64,000 bases of DNA from Carcharhinus longimanus (lineage: Eukaryota). Positions within the stretch are counted from its first letter, which is position 1. The number at the start of each line of letters is the position of its first letter. The notes below the pieces were generated by a model, which was not told the origin of the DNA, did not search any database, and worked only from the letters and a program-made list of their open reading frames with translations. Where the stretch lies: NCBI GenBank assembly GCA_030264375.1, contig JASCQW010000043.1:91987866-92051865 (forward strand). The letters run 5' to 3'. Position numbers and translations under genes: made by a program. Positions 34,083 to 47,299 of this stretch are shown one piece after another.

Positions 34083-35149
34083 CAGACTAGTTGAGCCTAA
34101 CACGGGGCTTATCCATGTAAATTGGGGTCCTAACGTATGTTATACACTAGAGCATAGGGACAGAAGTTGCCCATCCAGCCACTGTTGCTTTTAATTTTTC
34201 TTTGCTGAGCACAGTGTGTTTATTGAACTGTGCAGTCCCTTTAAGAATGCTGCACAGGCCATCATCAGAAAGGGTTCTGAGTTAGAAAAGTTTTCTCAAC
34301 TCTCTTTCGTTACCTTCAGTCTGTATCCATTAGTTACCATTCCACCCACCAGTAGAGGCAGGAGTTGAATGAATTCTTCCCCAGTGGTTCGCGTGCAGGC
34401 TGCAGCTTTTGGCAGTATTCAATGTGTACACATGCCACTTTTACAATGCACCTAATTCCATGCCAGCACAACTAATGACAAAGTCATTAAGGAGAACGAA
34501 AGTCAAAAATTCAGAAAGAAAAAGCCATTCCAATTTTATCATTTATCTGCAGCAATCTAATCTATGATTTTCCTGATAAATTCTCCATCAGGTCTTTCTT
34601 CTGCCCATTCCAACATTCTTTAATTTCTCTCATCAAGTCTTCCAGTTCACTGCCTGTCCTGTTAATTGATATAAGGATGTAACTCAATTCCTGAATTGAC
34701 ACGCATGCATACTCCCTTCTGAAACTAGCAATGGGGATAATTCAGACATTATCCCTAATGTTATATATCTGACAATAATCTACATACTGAGAACCACCAT
34801 AATCTAACCACACTCTGTCAGTGCCACTATTTACAACATAAAGAATCATTCTGATAATACTCAGCAATTCACTAATGACAGCATGTTTCCAGAGACTGGC
34901 TGAAAAACACTGACTCCTCATCAACTACCACAGTCAGTTCCATTTTGCTCTGGGTCTACACTGTCAGTGGACAGAAGGGAAACTCATACGATGAGGATAC
35001 TATTCTTGGCATTGAAGAGGGACTTGGGGAAAATCCATTTTTCTGTGGAAAACGTTTGAAGTTACACGTCCCCTTAACCTCTGCACTCAATACATATAGG
35101 ATCATCTATTGCAATCTTAGTGCTAACATTTCCCACTTTAAATGTCTTC

Positions 35150-35345
35150 ATGACTATCCTCTGTCATCCTGTCCAGCACAACACCCTGCAAACTCTGTTA
35201 GGCAGCCCTGCAACCCATTGTCAGGAGACAGTGGGAACAAGCAGATAGTCATGATGAGTCAATGCTAGCAATGTGGTGCTGAGGAACTGGGTGCAGAATC
35301 ACAAGACTTTTAATAACTCACAGGAGTGGCTAAGGTTGGTGAATG
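35150..35345 (+). mobile_element. Harbinger-like Myb/SANT exon relic
   Basis: RRQWEQ..VNASNVVLRNWVQNHKTFNN..AG|gttggtgaatgca, with the same exon end as at 5220 and 11615. Confidence 0.55.
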
Positions 35346-35389
35346 CATCCACACATGCCAACTCGAATGCAGAGCTAGCAGATATAATT

Positions 35390-38090
35390 TCTGAGTTGGT
35401 GATCGCATTCACTGTATAGAAGTATTCCAATTTCTGTTCAATAAGCCCAAAACGTGTTGCATCAAAGATTTACTCAAGGATGGGTGTAAGTATGAAGTGA
35501 TTCTCATAGGTCAACAAAACGTACAGGTCCTAAATACAACCTGAATTATTGATGCATACAATGGAACAATCAAAGATAGCAAGACGTGTGGAAGGTGTGG
35601 CCTTCTGCATGCACCAACGATATGCCCAGCTTTCCATCAATTCTGCAGAGCATGTGGCAGACGGCGCCATTGACGGCAGCAGTGCACTAGAACAAAGGCG
35701 GATGCAGCTACAAATAGCCATGCAGTGATCTAAACAGATCTTCAGTAGGTATCTTCAAGCAATAAGAATGACCATTTGGTATTCCATTAGAAACATATAC
35801 ATGAATAAAAACAAATTACTGTGGATACCGGAATCTGAACTAAAATAGAAAATGCTGGAAAATCTCAGCAGGTCTAGCAGCATCTGTAAGGAGAGAAAAG
35901 AGCTGATGTTTTGAGTCCAAATGATCCTTTGTCAAAGCTAAAAAGTATAGAAAGTGGAAGATATTTATACTGCGGGGTGAGGAAATGGAAAATGAGTCAT
36001 AGCCACAGAATACAGGGGAAAAGCCTGCTAATGGCACAGACAGAATAAAGGATGTGAATTGCCAAAGGGCAGACAAACTGAAATCAGAGAGTAAGCTGTG
36101 ACAGATTAAGATGCAGGGGAAGGAGGGGGGGCATTCATACCCTTTATTCTCTCTTCAAAAAGGTATGTATCCACCGACATGAAAGGCTATGGTGAAACCT
36201 AATACGATGAGAATGTTAGTGTACAACAGTTCACTAATTCCATGTGCAGGATCCATAGTACATGAGTGCAAGCACAATCAAGCCTCCAGGATATCACAGA
36301 TATTCTACACATGGAAACTGAAGGCCCAGCAATTCCTGGTCTACTGGCATGTCCCAATCCATGGAATCAGTCAGATATCACAAGGCAAATCAGAAAATAC
36401 ACCTATCACTTCAGTTAATGACCTTACATCAACATATTCAGAATGTTTCGGCAAAATTAGCAGATTTAAGGGAGCTGTAACATTATCCTTGCAGAGCAAT
36501 GCAAGTCCATCTATTGATCCACCATGTAAGTGAAGCATTCAGCAAGAAAAATTGAAGGTCGACCTTGATGGAATCATTAGAAGGGCACAAAAATACTCAG
36601 ATTGGTGCAACTCAATCACATGTGTCGTAAAGATAGACATACCATTGAAATAATGCCTCAATCCATGACATTTAAATGCAGCTTTGGAAAATTGTTCTTA
36701 CAAAATACCCCACTTTAGAAGAGTTTGATCTGAGATTTGCAGTGCAATCTTCTTTTTGAAGGTTGATGCCAAGCATGTTGCTAGTCAGTACATCTCACGG
36801 AGAAGTCCTAAGAGTTCACTATATTTTGTAACTCCATTCAGGTGATATTGTTTTCAATAATGTCCTTTCAGGCTATGTGTTAGGGTATTTTTCAAGCTCA
36901 CATGGACTGTATTACTTACACTGTACCAGGATGCATCTGTATCACAGATGATATAGCTTATGAGAAGAACGAAGCAAGTGCACAGCCATAATCTGCACAT
37001 AATACAAATGGAATGTAATGAAGAATTGATGTTCAGCATTGAAATGTGATGTCATCATGCAGCAGATCAATTTTTTTTGTATTTATTCCAGTGCTGGCAT
37101 TTGTCCCAAACCAAGTAAAATAGCGAATGTTAAGGCCATACAAATTCCTCAAGATGAGGACAATCTTCAAAGATATCTAGGACTCTTTAATTTCATGTCT
37201 CCAGATCTTCTCAATTTTACACAGTAATTTTCACCGCTGAGGGAATTGTTTAGAATGGATGTACATCTTGTGGACATGAAGACCACAAATATCTTTTCAA
37301 ACACTGAAATAGTCATTATTAGAAGCACTGACCGGTAATTTTATGATCCTAGGAAGTCAACTACCATGCTAATAGATGCCCCACAGAAAGGTGAAAATAC
37401 AACGCAAATGCTGGCATTTACAAGAAGAAACGGTGAAAGATTCTACACTACAGAAACTGGAAAACCATCACCCAAGGATGTCCTGATTTGATTCAGCATT
37501 TCCACAAATACACGAGACCATTTTGGCTGTATGAGGATGAAATAGACATCCCCTCTTGAATCATTTCGAAAGACAGGCAGGTCATCATTTTTGCAAACTT
37601 TCTTCGACAGAAATTCTTTGATATTCTTCAACAGCTTCCTCACTGACACATGGGTACAGATTGGACAAGAAGACTCATAAAGGGGACATTCTATAGGCCA
37701 GGTATGAACAATGACATTGAAATTGTCATCAAGAATTATGAGGTATGTCAACTGCATACACCAAGCCACTGATTCCACATGATGTTCCTACCCTTACTTG
37801 GTCCAGAATTGCATCCAACCTCTTTCATGTCCATGACACTGATTTCATCATAGACTACCACATACACTGTTATTTGACAATTGTACAATACATCAAGCAC
37901 AACTGTCACACGTACGCTCTAAGCGTATTTTCAATTTATTTGATGTGCCTAGAGAGAGTATTATGGATAACGGCACAAAATTTATTGGTAAGTCATTTCA
38001 GGATCTGTGAGAAAAATGGAATACCAATCATACTATTTATTTTCCTTATTACCCTAAATTTAACTGCCTAGTTGAACAAATGATTTGCAC
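35390..38090 (+). mobile_element. Decayed Ty3/Gypsy LTR retrotransposon internal region (gag-pol pseudogene)
   Basis: Twin zinc knuckles KTCGRCGLLHAPTICPAFHQFCRACGRRRH*RQQC (35581). RT: PSIDPPCK, SDWCNSITCVVK, KVDAK, TPFR*YCF. LQRYLGLFNFMS, RNase H IDAPQKG. Integrase: PLIPHDVPTLTWSRIASNLF, DNGTKF. Order is RT-RH-IN, with many stops and frameshifts. Confidence 0.9.
35806..36130 (-). mobile_element. Penelope-type terminal repeat/3' region inserted in the Gypsy
   Basis: GAAAATGCTGGAAAATCTCAGCAGGTCTAGCAGCATCTGTAAGGAGAG, homologous to the arms at 33864-34082. Confidence 0.7.
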
Positions 38091-38884
38091 CAAATACCTT
38101 TAAGCTGTCAAGTTATGTAAATCCCTTGTCCTTTAAATTTTAGAAAAAAAGCAGCCTGCTGTACCTCCAAGTTGAAAGAAATCCATACTTGCAGTATAGC
38201 TTTTCGTTCAAATCTAAGGGCTATCTTAATAGAATTATTACTGCTTAACTGCTTCTAAAAAAACATCATTATCACAGTGTGGAGACTATAAATTCAGTTT
38301 GATTCACAGCTCCAAGAATTTATTAAGAGATTAGCTGTCTCTGATGTGGCTCTATGAACACAAATGTTCATTTTTATAAAGGAGTTAAATATTTGAGGGA
38401 ATTTAAATTAATTGAATGACTTTTATTAACAAGTCTTATTTTATACAGTGAACTCGGTAATAAATACCTAGAACTTTATTTTTATTTCATCTCAACATGG
38501 TTCCTGAGATCTGCTCATGGTAGATACTGGTGAGGGATGGTGGGGCATGGGTTGGCACTAAGTTGACAAAGGGGCTATAAAGGACCATGGAGATGAGTTG
38601 GGGAGCCATGTTTTGGCATGAGTTGGCACTCATCCACATATCAGTACAATTGTTGTACGAGAGGCCAAGCATTATTAAACTGGGCAGACTTGAAGACTGA
38701 AATTTTGGTCCCTGGTCTGAACTGAGTTTGTCAATCTCAATTAAAACTCTACAAATGATTTCTATTGCTCTTGGGCCATAGAGTTAAAGATCAGCTTGAA
38801 ATCCTGCTAACCAGGTAATTCTGAAAAGTGCACATGTTTGATAACAGGATTGGGCTCAGCCACAATTCCCTCCATGGTTAAATA

Positions 38885-41012
38885 GGCTGTCATGAAAACA
38901 AGATTCTACATCATGGTACAGTTCAAGTTTGTTATGAACAAGAAGAAAGCTGGCCTGCAAAAGACGGCCTTGGATTGGGGAAAAGCAGATTTTATTAAAA
39001 TAAGGCAGGATCTGGCCAAAGTTGACTGGAAACCAGCTCTTTGTTGGAAAATCTACAGCAGAGCAGTAGAGAACATTCAAAGAGGAAATGGGGAGAATAT
39101 AGGTCTAACATGTTCCCTATAGAAGAAATATAGAAGCAATAAGTTCAGGGAGCCCTGGATGTCTGGGACAATTCAGGACTGGATAAGGAAGAAGGGAGCA
39201 ATTCAACTGCCACCCAAAGGTATATAGGAAGTGCAAGGGGGAATAACTGCAATTGTGAATAAGATTAAGGAGAATCCTAAGATGTTTTATAAATATCTTA
39301 AGGGGAAGAGGTTAACCAGGGTAAGGGTAGGGCCCTTTAGATGTCAAAGGGTCAAACTGTGTGTGAGACCATAGGACATTGGAAGGGTGTGAAATGAATA
39401 TTTCTCATCGGTCTTCACTCAGGGAAAGGAGAACATAGGTACAAAATTCAGATAAAGGGACTGTAAGGATCTTGAACAGTTTGCCATTAGAGGTGGGGAA
39501 GTATGAGAAGCTTTGACAGGCTTAAAAATGGACAAATCCCCAAGCCCGAATGAAGTGCTCTCAGGTTGTTGTGGGANNNNNNNNNNNNNNNNNNNNNNNN
39601 NNNNNNNNNNNNTTCTAATTCCTCTCTGGCCACAGGGGAAGTCCCAGAGAATGGGAGGATGGCTAATATGGTTCCACTTTTCAAGAGAGGTGGTAGAGAC
39701 AAACCAGAGAATTACAGACTGGTGAGTCTCACGTCAATTATAGGGAAACTATTGGAGAAAATTCTGAAGGAGAGAACTAATCTCCGCTTGGAAAGGCAGA
39801 ATTGGTTCAGAATCGTCAGCATCACTTTGTCAGAGGGAAATCATGCCTAATAAATTTGACTGAATTTTTGAAGTGATCGAGTATGTGAATGAGGGAAGTT
39901 TATATGGAGTTTAGCAAAGCCTTTGATGAGGTCCCACATGGGAGACTGATGGAGAAGGTTAAAACACATGGAAACTTGATGAGATGGATCCAAAACTGGC
40001 TAATTAATAGCAAACAAGGGTAGTGGGAGAAGATTGTTTGAGTGGCTGGAAACCAGTATCTACTGGCATAATACAAGGTTCAAAGCTGGGTCCCTTATTG
40101 TTTGATACACACATAAATGATGTAAATGATAATGTAGGAAGAATGATAAGTAAGTTTGCAGATGACACCAAGATTGGTATGTTGTTAATAGTGAAGAAGA
40201 AGGTCATAGGTTACAGGAAGATATGGTTGATCAGATGGGCACAGCAGTGACAGATGGTATTTAACTCTGATAAGTGAAGAATTAACAGGACAAGGGAGTA
40301 TTTAATGAATGACAGGACACTAGGAAGTTCAGGGGAACAGATGGATCTTGAGTACTTATTCACGGATCTTTAAATGTGGCAGAGCAGGTGAATGGAGTCT
40401 ATAAAAAGGCATATGGAACATTTGCTTTTATCAGTCATGGTGCAGAGCATTAGAGCAAGGAAATAATGTTGGAACTGTACAGAACGTTAGTTAGTTAGAC
40501 CACAGCTGGAGTATTGTTTGCAGTTCTGCTCGCCTAACCATAGGATGGATGTGATTGCTCTAGAGGGGGTACAGAAGAGATTCATCAGTGTGAAGCCTGG
40601 ATCAGGATAAGCCNNNNNNNNNNGGGTGGATTGTTTTCTTTAGAGCAAAGAAGGCTAAGGGGGGACATGATTGAGGTGTATAAGATAATGAGGAGTGTAG
40701 ACAGAGTGAAAAGAAAGCAGCTATTTCTCTTCATTGAGGGGTCAATCATAAGGAGGCAGTTTTGAATGAGGGGCAGGAGATTCAGAGAAGAATTGAGAAA
40801 ATAATAATCACTCAGAAAGTGGTGGGAATCTTGAATGTATTTCCTAGGAAGGTAGTGGAGGCCGGAAACCAAATATAAGTATTTGGATAAGCACTTGAAA
40901 TATCATAACATTCAAGGATATGGGACAGGTAAGTGCTGGAAAATGAGATCAGTGATAGTTATTGTCGGTGCAGACACGATGGGCCAAAATGCCTTTTCTG
41001 CATGGTACAACT
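38885..41012 (+). mobile_element. 5'-truncated CR1 LINE (ORF2 RT region to 3' tail)
   Basis: LDWGKADFIKIRQDLAKVDW, ANMVPLFKRGGRDKPENYRLVSLTSIIGKLLEKI, FSKAFDEVPH, GIIQGSKLGPLLF, KFADDTKIG, RPQLEYCLQF. The (ATGACTCT)-type tail resumes at 41123. Confidence 0.95.
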
Positions 41013-41015
41013 GTA

Positions 41016-41122
41016 TGGGAGGGATTTTCTGGCTGCGCTTGCCTGAGGTCAACAAACCTTTGCATGGTCTAACCCCACCCATTATAATTCCAACGGCAGG
41101 CAGATCGGGAAAATTCGACCCA
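41016..41122. mobile_element. MITE inserted in the CR1 tail
   Basis: TIRs TGGGAGGGATTTTC / GAAAATTCGACCCA. Confidence 0.7.
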
Positions 41123-41164
41123 ATGACTCTATGGCAAAGCTGACTAGAGAATGTGAAATCACTG

Positions 41165-41345
41165 ATCCCCACCCAATGTCACTAAAACAGATGATCTGCC
41201 CATTATGTCACAGCTGATTGTGAGATCTTACTGTGCACAAACTGCCATGATGCCCACATTATAACAGCAACTGCACTTCAGCAAATATTTTGATGGTTAG
41301 AAAGCCCTTCGGGACAGGTCAGATGGGGAATGTGCCTTTAAGATC
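41165..41345 (+). mobile_element. DeuSINE-like 3' fragment
   Basis: CACTAAAACAGATGATCTG..GATCTTACTGTGCACAAA..CTGCACTTCA. Confidence 0.7.
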
Positions 41346-42869
41346 ACTTATTTCTCTTTTCCAATTTCTTCACTGATTCTCATAAAAATTTCCGAGTAGA
41401 CAGAGCACTGCAAGTTCACAAACAAAAAGCACAGAAACAGTCTCTCTCTATACATCTCCTGGCACAGCCTTATTCCTTAATTGGTTATATCGTAACATTT
41501 TGCGCAAACTGCTTCTCTGTGCTTTCCAACTGTTTTTTTCTTTGCCTCATCTTTCTCTCTCATATAAAATGAAATACAATATCATCCATCCTCATGACAC
41601 TGGCAAGTTTATATTGTGAGTATCACACAAATTAACACTATCTGTACCAATGTTACCAGTCCATTATCTATGCTGTTAATTCTCCAGGTGTCTTCAAACA
41701 TTTTTTTCACTTGGCCAGTGTCACTGAGGCAGTGAGGAAAATCTCCGAGTTGTCACTAGCGATTGCCATAGAAACCATTTCAGACGGTTAAAAACATAAT
41801 GAAGCAACAGTCACAAAACAGGACACTTGAAGGGCACTGTTTTCTGAAATGCCCCAAGCAGACAAGATTTCTCCTGCTGAAAATATTTCAGGTAGTGCTT
41901 TCTTTTTTCAATTTATTTGGATCCACACTTCCTTATAAAAAGCAGAAAATGTGCAAAGATGAAAACTTTCTAATGAAGCTGAAAAGGAGGCTGGAGGAAC
42001 TGAGCAAAGGGACCAGTGGGAATAGCAGACGGAGTTCATTGGATAAAGCACGTCGAAGGAGAAATGGGTCAAAAGGTAGGTCATTGGAGGAGTTATTGCT
42101 TTGAGATAAATGGTCTCATTGCAACCACGTTGGCATGGATCCCAGATGGAAAGCCAGCTCTAAGCACAGTAACTTTCTGAGTATAATTACATTTTTATCT
42201 GGTTTTAACTTCTCACAGGTTAGTACAGGGGATTTTTGTTACTTTCTTTTAACAGTAAAGGGTGTGACATTTTACAGAAGGTGACTTTGGATCAAGGAGT
42301 GATTAGAGAAAATATACAGAGTGACGGGCAGTTAGTTTGAGAAAATATCTCTTTCTGTTTTGTTAATTAAATATTGAAGGTCAAGCTTTTAATCAAAGTG
42401 CAGTAGAGGTTACTGCTGAAAGCACATTGAACAATTGGAATTTATCGCTGTCGTATTAAGAAGCAACCAGTAATGAAGACAATTCAGAAGTTCATCTGCT
42501 TTGTTATTTTTGTTGTCAGTTTTTAATGATCTGTGATACATTGGTCAAAGTAACTAATGCTGCTGTTTTAATAAAGATTACAAACTAATTGCCTGTGGTG
42601 TTGGCTATGGTTATCTAATAAATATGTCTATTTTTATATTCAAGGTGCTGGCAGAGTTGAGAAGAAAGATTTCATAAACCTGTTCTATAGTGCTATTTGG
42701 TGGCCAAGGCCTGCTACCACATTGTGACAGTTGACATAGCAGAATTGAATGGACAACCTTGACAGAAAAACTTGGTGAAAAATCATACAACAGTGGTAAG
42801 AAAATGTAGTCACAAGTAATGTTTTTAAGAATTACAGACTTACACAAAACAGACTCTTGTGTGGGATGA

Positions 42870-43225
42870 GAGAAACCCATCAAACCTCCACATACCTTAG
42901 AGCACATTTTACTAAATACGTCACAAAGCTTCCAGTTCCAGGGGTACATATCGGCACAGATACATATCAGCAACCTGGACCAGGAGATTAACAGGCTGTA
43001 TGGAATGAGGTCCATTAATAAACAGTTGGTCCTGTGCAACCAGCTGGACTCCTGTGTATAAATTTCCCCAAAGCACCTTGAAGAGGTCAAACATACCCAC
43101 TGACTCATGGGACATCCAGATTTGTGAACAGCCAAAATGGAGAAGGCATTAAACACATTGAGAGATTTTGTCAGGAGAGTGCAGAGGTGAGGTCAAAGTG
43201 TCAAAGAGACTATACACACCTTCAG
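42870..43225 (+). mobile_element. RTE LINE C-terminal fragment
   Basis: PKAP*RGQ / LKRSNIPTDSWDIQICEQPKWRRH resembles the RTE end (LKxxNIPxDSWExLAxDRxxWR). Confidence 0.65.
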
Positions 43226-43227
43226 AT

Positions 43228-43605
43228 AGAATCATAGAGCTGTTACAGTGAAGAAGGAAACTCTTTGGCCCATCGTGCCTGCACCAACATTCCAAATGAG
43301 CAATTCATTCAGTGCCATTCTCCCACCTTCTCTCTATAACCCTACACATTTTTTTTTCAGAGAATAGTCTCATTCCCTTTTCAATGTTTCAGTTGAACCT
43401 CCCTCCACCACACTCTCAGGCAGTGCATTCCAGACCTTATCCACTGATTGCACGAAAATGCTTTTCATCAAGATACTTTTGCTCCTTTTATCAATTCTCT
43501 TAAATCTGTGCCCTCTTATTCGTGATCCTTTCAAGAGTGGGAACTGTTTCTCCCTATTTACTCTGTCCAGAACCCTCACGGTTTTGAATACCTCTATCAA
43601 ATCTT
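43228..43605 (-). mobile_element. CR1 3' end
   Basis: ORF 43370-43600(-) IEVFKTVRVLDRVNREKQFPL..RIRGHRFK..VWNALPESVVE. Tail (ATAGAATC)n on the plus strand. Confidence 0.92.
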
Positions 43606-44220
43606 AACCTACATAATAGCTACATTCACGTACAACCTTCCCCTTTGTGGATACCGCAACTATTACTCAACTTACTGAGATATGGACTGAAATTGGCAAA
43701 GCTTCTCCTCTTCAGAAGAGTTAGTCGAAACATGTTAAACATTTACATAATCATATGTAGATCATCTCTGACCTCTTTGCAGATTGGCAGCTACTTGTAA
43801 AATCCTGGTACTACACAATGTCTGGTAAAAACTATAGATGATTGACTTTCTTTCCTCTTTTTAAATACCACAAATAATTTGAAGCATGATATTCTGGTGT
43901 GCTAATTGCATAGAATCTATGCCACAGAACGAGCCATTCAGCCCAACTGGGCTATGCCAATGTTTATACTTCACACAAGCTTCTTCTTACTCTGAGTAGT
44001 ACCTTTTCCTATGTCACTTCAATATCTCATATCCCTCATATATTCATTAAGTCCCACTGCTCCCTGCCTTAAAAGTGTCAATATAATATGCTTTAAACAC
44101 TCCAAGCCATAGAATCATACAGTGCAGAAAAGGCCCATCCAGTCTGCACTGAAAATAACTACCACAACAAGTCCCACATTGTCAGCAGTGTTCCATGCAA
44201 ATAAACTAACTGGGCCACAG

Positions 44221-44310
44221 GTACAGTAAGAAGTCTCACAACACTAGGTTAAAGTCCAACACATTTGATATCATGAGCTTTTGGAGCGCTGCTCTTTCAT
44301 TAGGTGAATG
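44221..44310. repeat. Short shark interspersed repeat (Penelope-type terminus)
   Basis: ACAGTAAGAAGTCTCACAACACTAGGTTAAAGTCCAAC..GAGCTTTTGGAGCGCTGCTC..TTCATTAGGTGA. Family assignment is from recollection only. Confidence 0.5.
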
Positions 44311-46567
44311 GTGGACCACAGGTAAATGATTGATTTTATCAATAAGTCCCTAAAAATCATTTAGAACATTTGCCAATGTTGGAGTGAGACTTTGGTTCAG
44401 CAGTAGCTGGAGGNNNNNNNNNNGTGAAAGGATCAAGCCCCATCCTGGACAGTCTTAGTAAGTGGACTGGAATATGATCACTAAATTCTGAGCTGATTCC
44501 AGTGTGCGAGTCAAGTCCAATGGAGTGACCACTGATTCAAGGGTAGTGTTCCTGGATGAGTCAAAAGAACTGAGTTCTAATCCTGCTCCAGCAAGCAAAG
44601 ACTGGAGTCATGGCCCAGATCAGATTGATGTCCACTGGAGGTAATTGCTTCCAGTGGTTGCAAATGGCACCCCCACCCCAATAAAAAGGATTGGTGGGAC
44701 TCTTGGCAGCAACCCACCTAGTGGAAAGTACTCTGAGGAGCAAATCCATGAGAAAAACTGGGAAACAACTTTTGGCAAAGGAATCTCACATGAGAGACTT
44801 GAGTTAGGACCTGATTAAGAGGCAGAACACAGCTTAGCTGATTCATGATTCCTTTTTACAGTTCTATATCTACAACTAATAATCACAAGTTTCATTTAAA
44901 TGCTATTATGCAAATTGATGCAAAAGAAATCTAACGAAGTGTAGATTGATTATAGTTATATGATCCTGAACATCTACGTTACAAGATAATTGTGTCCATA
45001 AACAAGACGGAGAGACCACTTTTTCTTGTTTCTTTATGCTGTTCATTGTAACAATGAGTTAATGTCGAGGAGGGTGAATTCTGAACACCCATTTGCCTCT
45101 GACATGCTATTTTCCTCACTAAGTCGATGGAAAGAGTTCAGAAGATCGAACGTCAGCAAACTACGCCTTTTTTTCCAAAGCCATAAAGCTCTTATGTCAG
45201 ATTTCACTAAGCTCAGAAGTTTCTTCTGTGTGCCTCTGAGCAGCCAGTCGACAGTTTGATCTGGTTGGTCCCTGCTTCTTAATGCAAACTGACTCCTGGG
45301 CCAGTTAAACTCCAAACTGGCTGTGGGGTTGTCAATTTCCCCAGCACTGTATTGGAGAACACTGCTGAAGTGTCAATTTCATTGTCACTTTGTCCTTTCA
45401 AACTGACGGGACGAAGCTGAAGTCAGCACACTGAGCCAGGGAACTGTATCTGGCAGTAATTAGTAACAATCAAGAGGCTGGGAGAGTGCTGACTGCAGCA
45501 TTTACACGGCCTGCAGGTGTCATTGGCTTGCAANNNNNNNNNNGAAGCAAAGCTTATGAATGCAGCAGGAACTGAGAGTTGTTGCAATTCAAACAATTGC
45601 CCATTTTGTTCATTCACAGACATAAGCACAAATTGAGACATTTGGTCATATGCGGAGGGCACTTTGAAGTAATGCCAGTTTAATGTAACACCATTTCTAT
45701 TTTCATCTTGTACTAAAGCATGGCTTAAATTAACATTTACAGGCCAAAGATTAACTACCATCACAACCTTCATACCAGCTGAACTCTTCAACTCAAAGTT
45801 TTGATTCTTTTATCTACATCCTTATGCATCCTTTGCAGTTATCACTCTGCACGTGTTGTGCTTAACTGAGCAGGACTCTGTTCACCATAATATGGAATAA
45901 TGTTATGACATTTCGTGTTTGATTTTAACTTTCAACAGTCTCTAAATTGAGGTCATCTGATTACTGTCAACTCTGCACATAATTCCAGGTATGTAACTGG
46001 CAGCGCCGAGTCTGTGCCAATTTTACACTCTGCCCGATTTTCTTTTCCATTGAGAATGGATGAGTGAATCCTGGCAAGTCGGGGAACAGATGATCAATCT
46101 GCAGCTACTTGTGTTACACCCCCACTGAAATTGAACGCGTGCCCACCAGTTTTAGAGGGACCATCCATTAGTCCAAGGATAGCCCACCTGTTTCAGTCAG
46201 TGAGCTCCTTTTCGCATGCAATTTGAAGTCTATGGTATTCACAGAACCCCGATGGGCAAATTAGAATAAAACTGGTGTAAGCGTGTGCCATGCACTCCCT
46301 GAGCAGGCTCAGTAATGAAAGAGCTGAAGAGCTCATTCAGGCCCTTGCTGCCTCTGCCCATGTGCAGGGACACCATTCTGTAAAGTCACTCCATGTGCCC
46401 TAAAAACAGGCACTAATGAGTCTAATTTCTCACCATTTATCTCTTGGACAACTGCCACTATTATCTGTACAATGATATAATAAACTGACACATCAAATCA
46501 TATTAAAAGTAAAATCATTTTATTGAGTTTCCAATGCTGACAGTTTAACACTCAATTAGTTTTTAAA

Positions 46568-47210
46568 AATTCTTTCATGGGATGTGGCTAGGCCAGCATT
46601 TATTACCCATCCCTAATTGCCCTTGAGAAGGTGGTGAGCCACCTTCCTGAACTGCTGCAGTCCATGTGGTGCAGGTACACCCACTGTGCAGTTAGAGAGA
46701 GAGTTCCAGGATTTTTACCCTGCAACAGTGAAGAAATTGCAAGTTCCAAATCAGGATGGTGTGTGACTTGGAGGGGAACTTACAGAAGGCGATGTTCCCA
46801 TGTATCTGCTACCCTTGTTCTTCTGGCAATGGAGGTCACAGGTTTGGAAGGTGCTATCAAAGAAGTCTTGGTTGCTGCAGTGCATCTTGTCAATGGTACA
46901 CACTGCTGCCATTTGGTGTGGTGCCAATCAAGCAGGCCGCTTTATCCTGGTAGTGTTGAGTATTATTGAAGCTGTACTCATCCAAACAAGTGAACAGTGT
47001 TCTATCATATTGCTGTGCCCTATATATGGTGGACAGACTTCAGGGACCCAAATTACTCACCACAAATTCCCAGCCTCAGGCAGCTTTTTCAAGTATTTAT
47101 ATGGCTAGACCAGTTCAGTTTCTGGTCGATGGTAATCCCTAGAATGTTGATAGTGAGGGATTTATTAGCAATAATGCCATTGAATGCCAAGGAGCATTTT
47201 TTAGTATCTT
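46568..47210 (-). mobile_element. 3' part of a LINE of the 6145-8855 family
   Basis: TTCATGGGATGTGGC..GGCCAGCATTTATTACCCATCCCTAATTGCCCTTGAGAAGGTGGTG, collinear with 6150-6750. Confidence 0.85.
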
Positions 47211-47299
47211 TGTCTCTGGTGTCTCCAAGTTCCTGCTTCTGATTCCAGATCATGTGTGGAAGGAGTATTGGTGGATGACTGCAGAAACAAGTACAGTGC

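Noticed and set aside
41799-42104. 101-aa Lys/Arg-rich ORF
   Set aside because: No recognisable homology, and the composition reflects purine-rich DNA. No supporting exon structure in frame.
42611-43156. Longest ORF in the track (181 aa, minus strand)
   Set aside because: It is antisense to an RTE fragment and a DNA-element internal segment, and has no recognisable domain.
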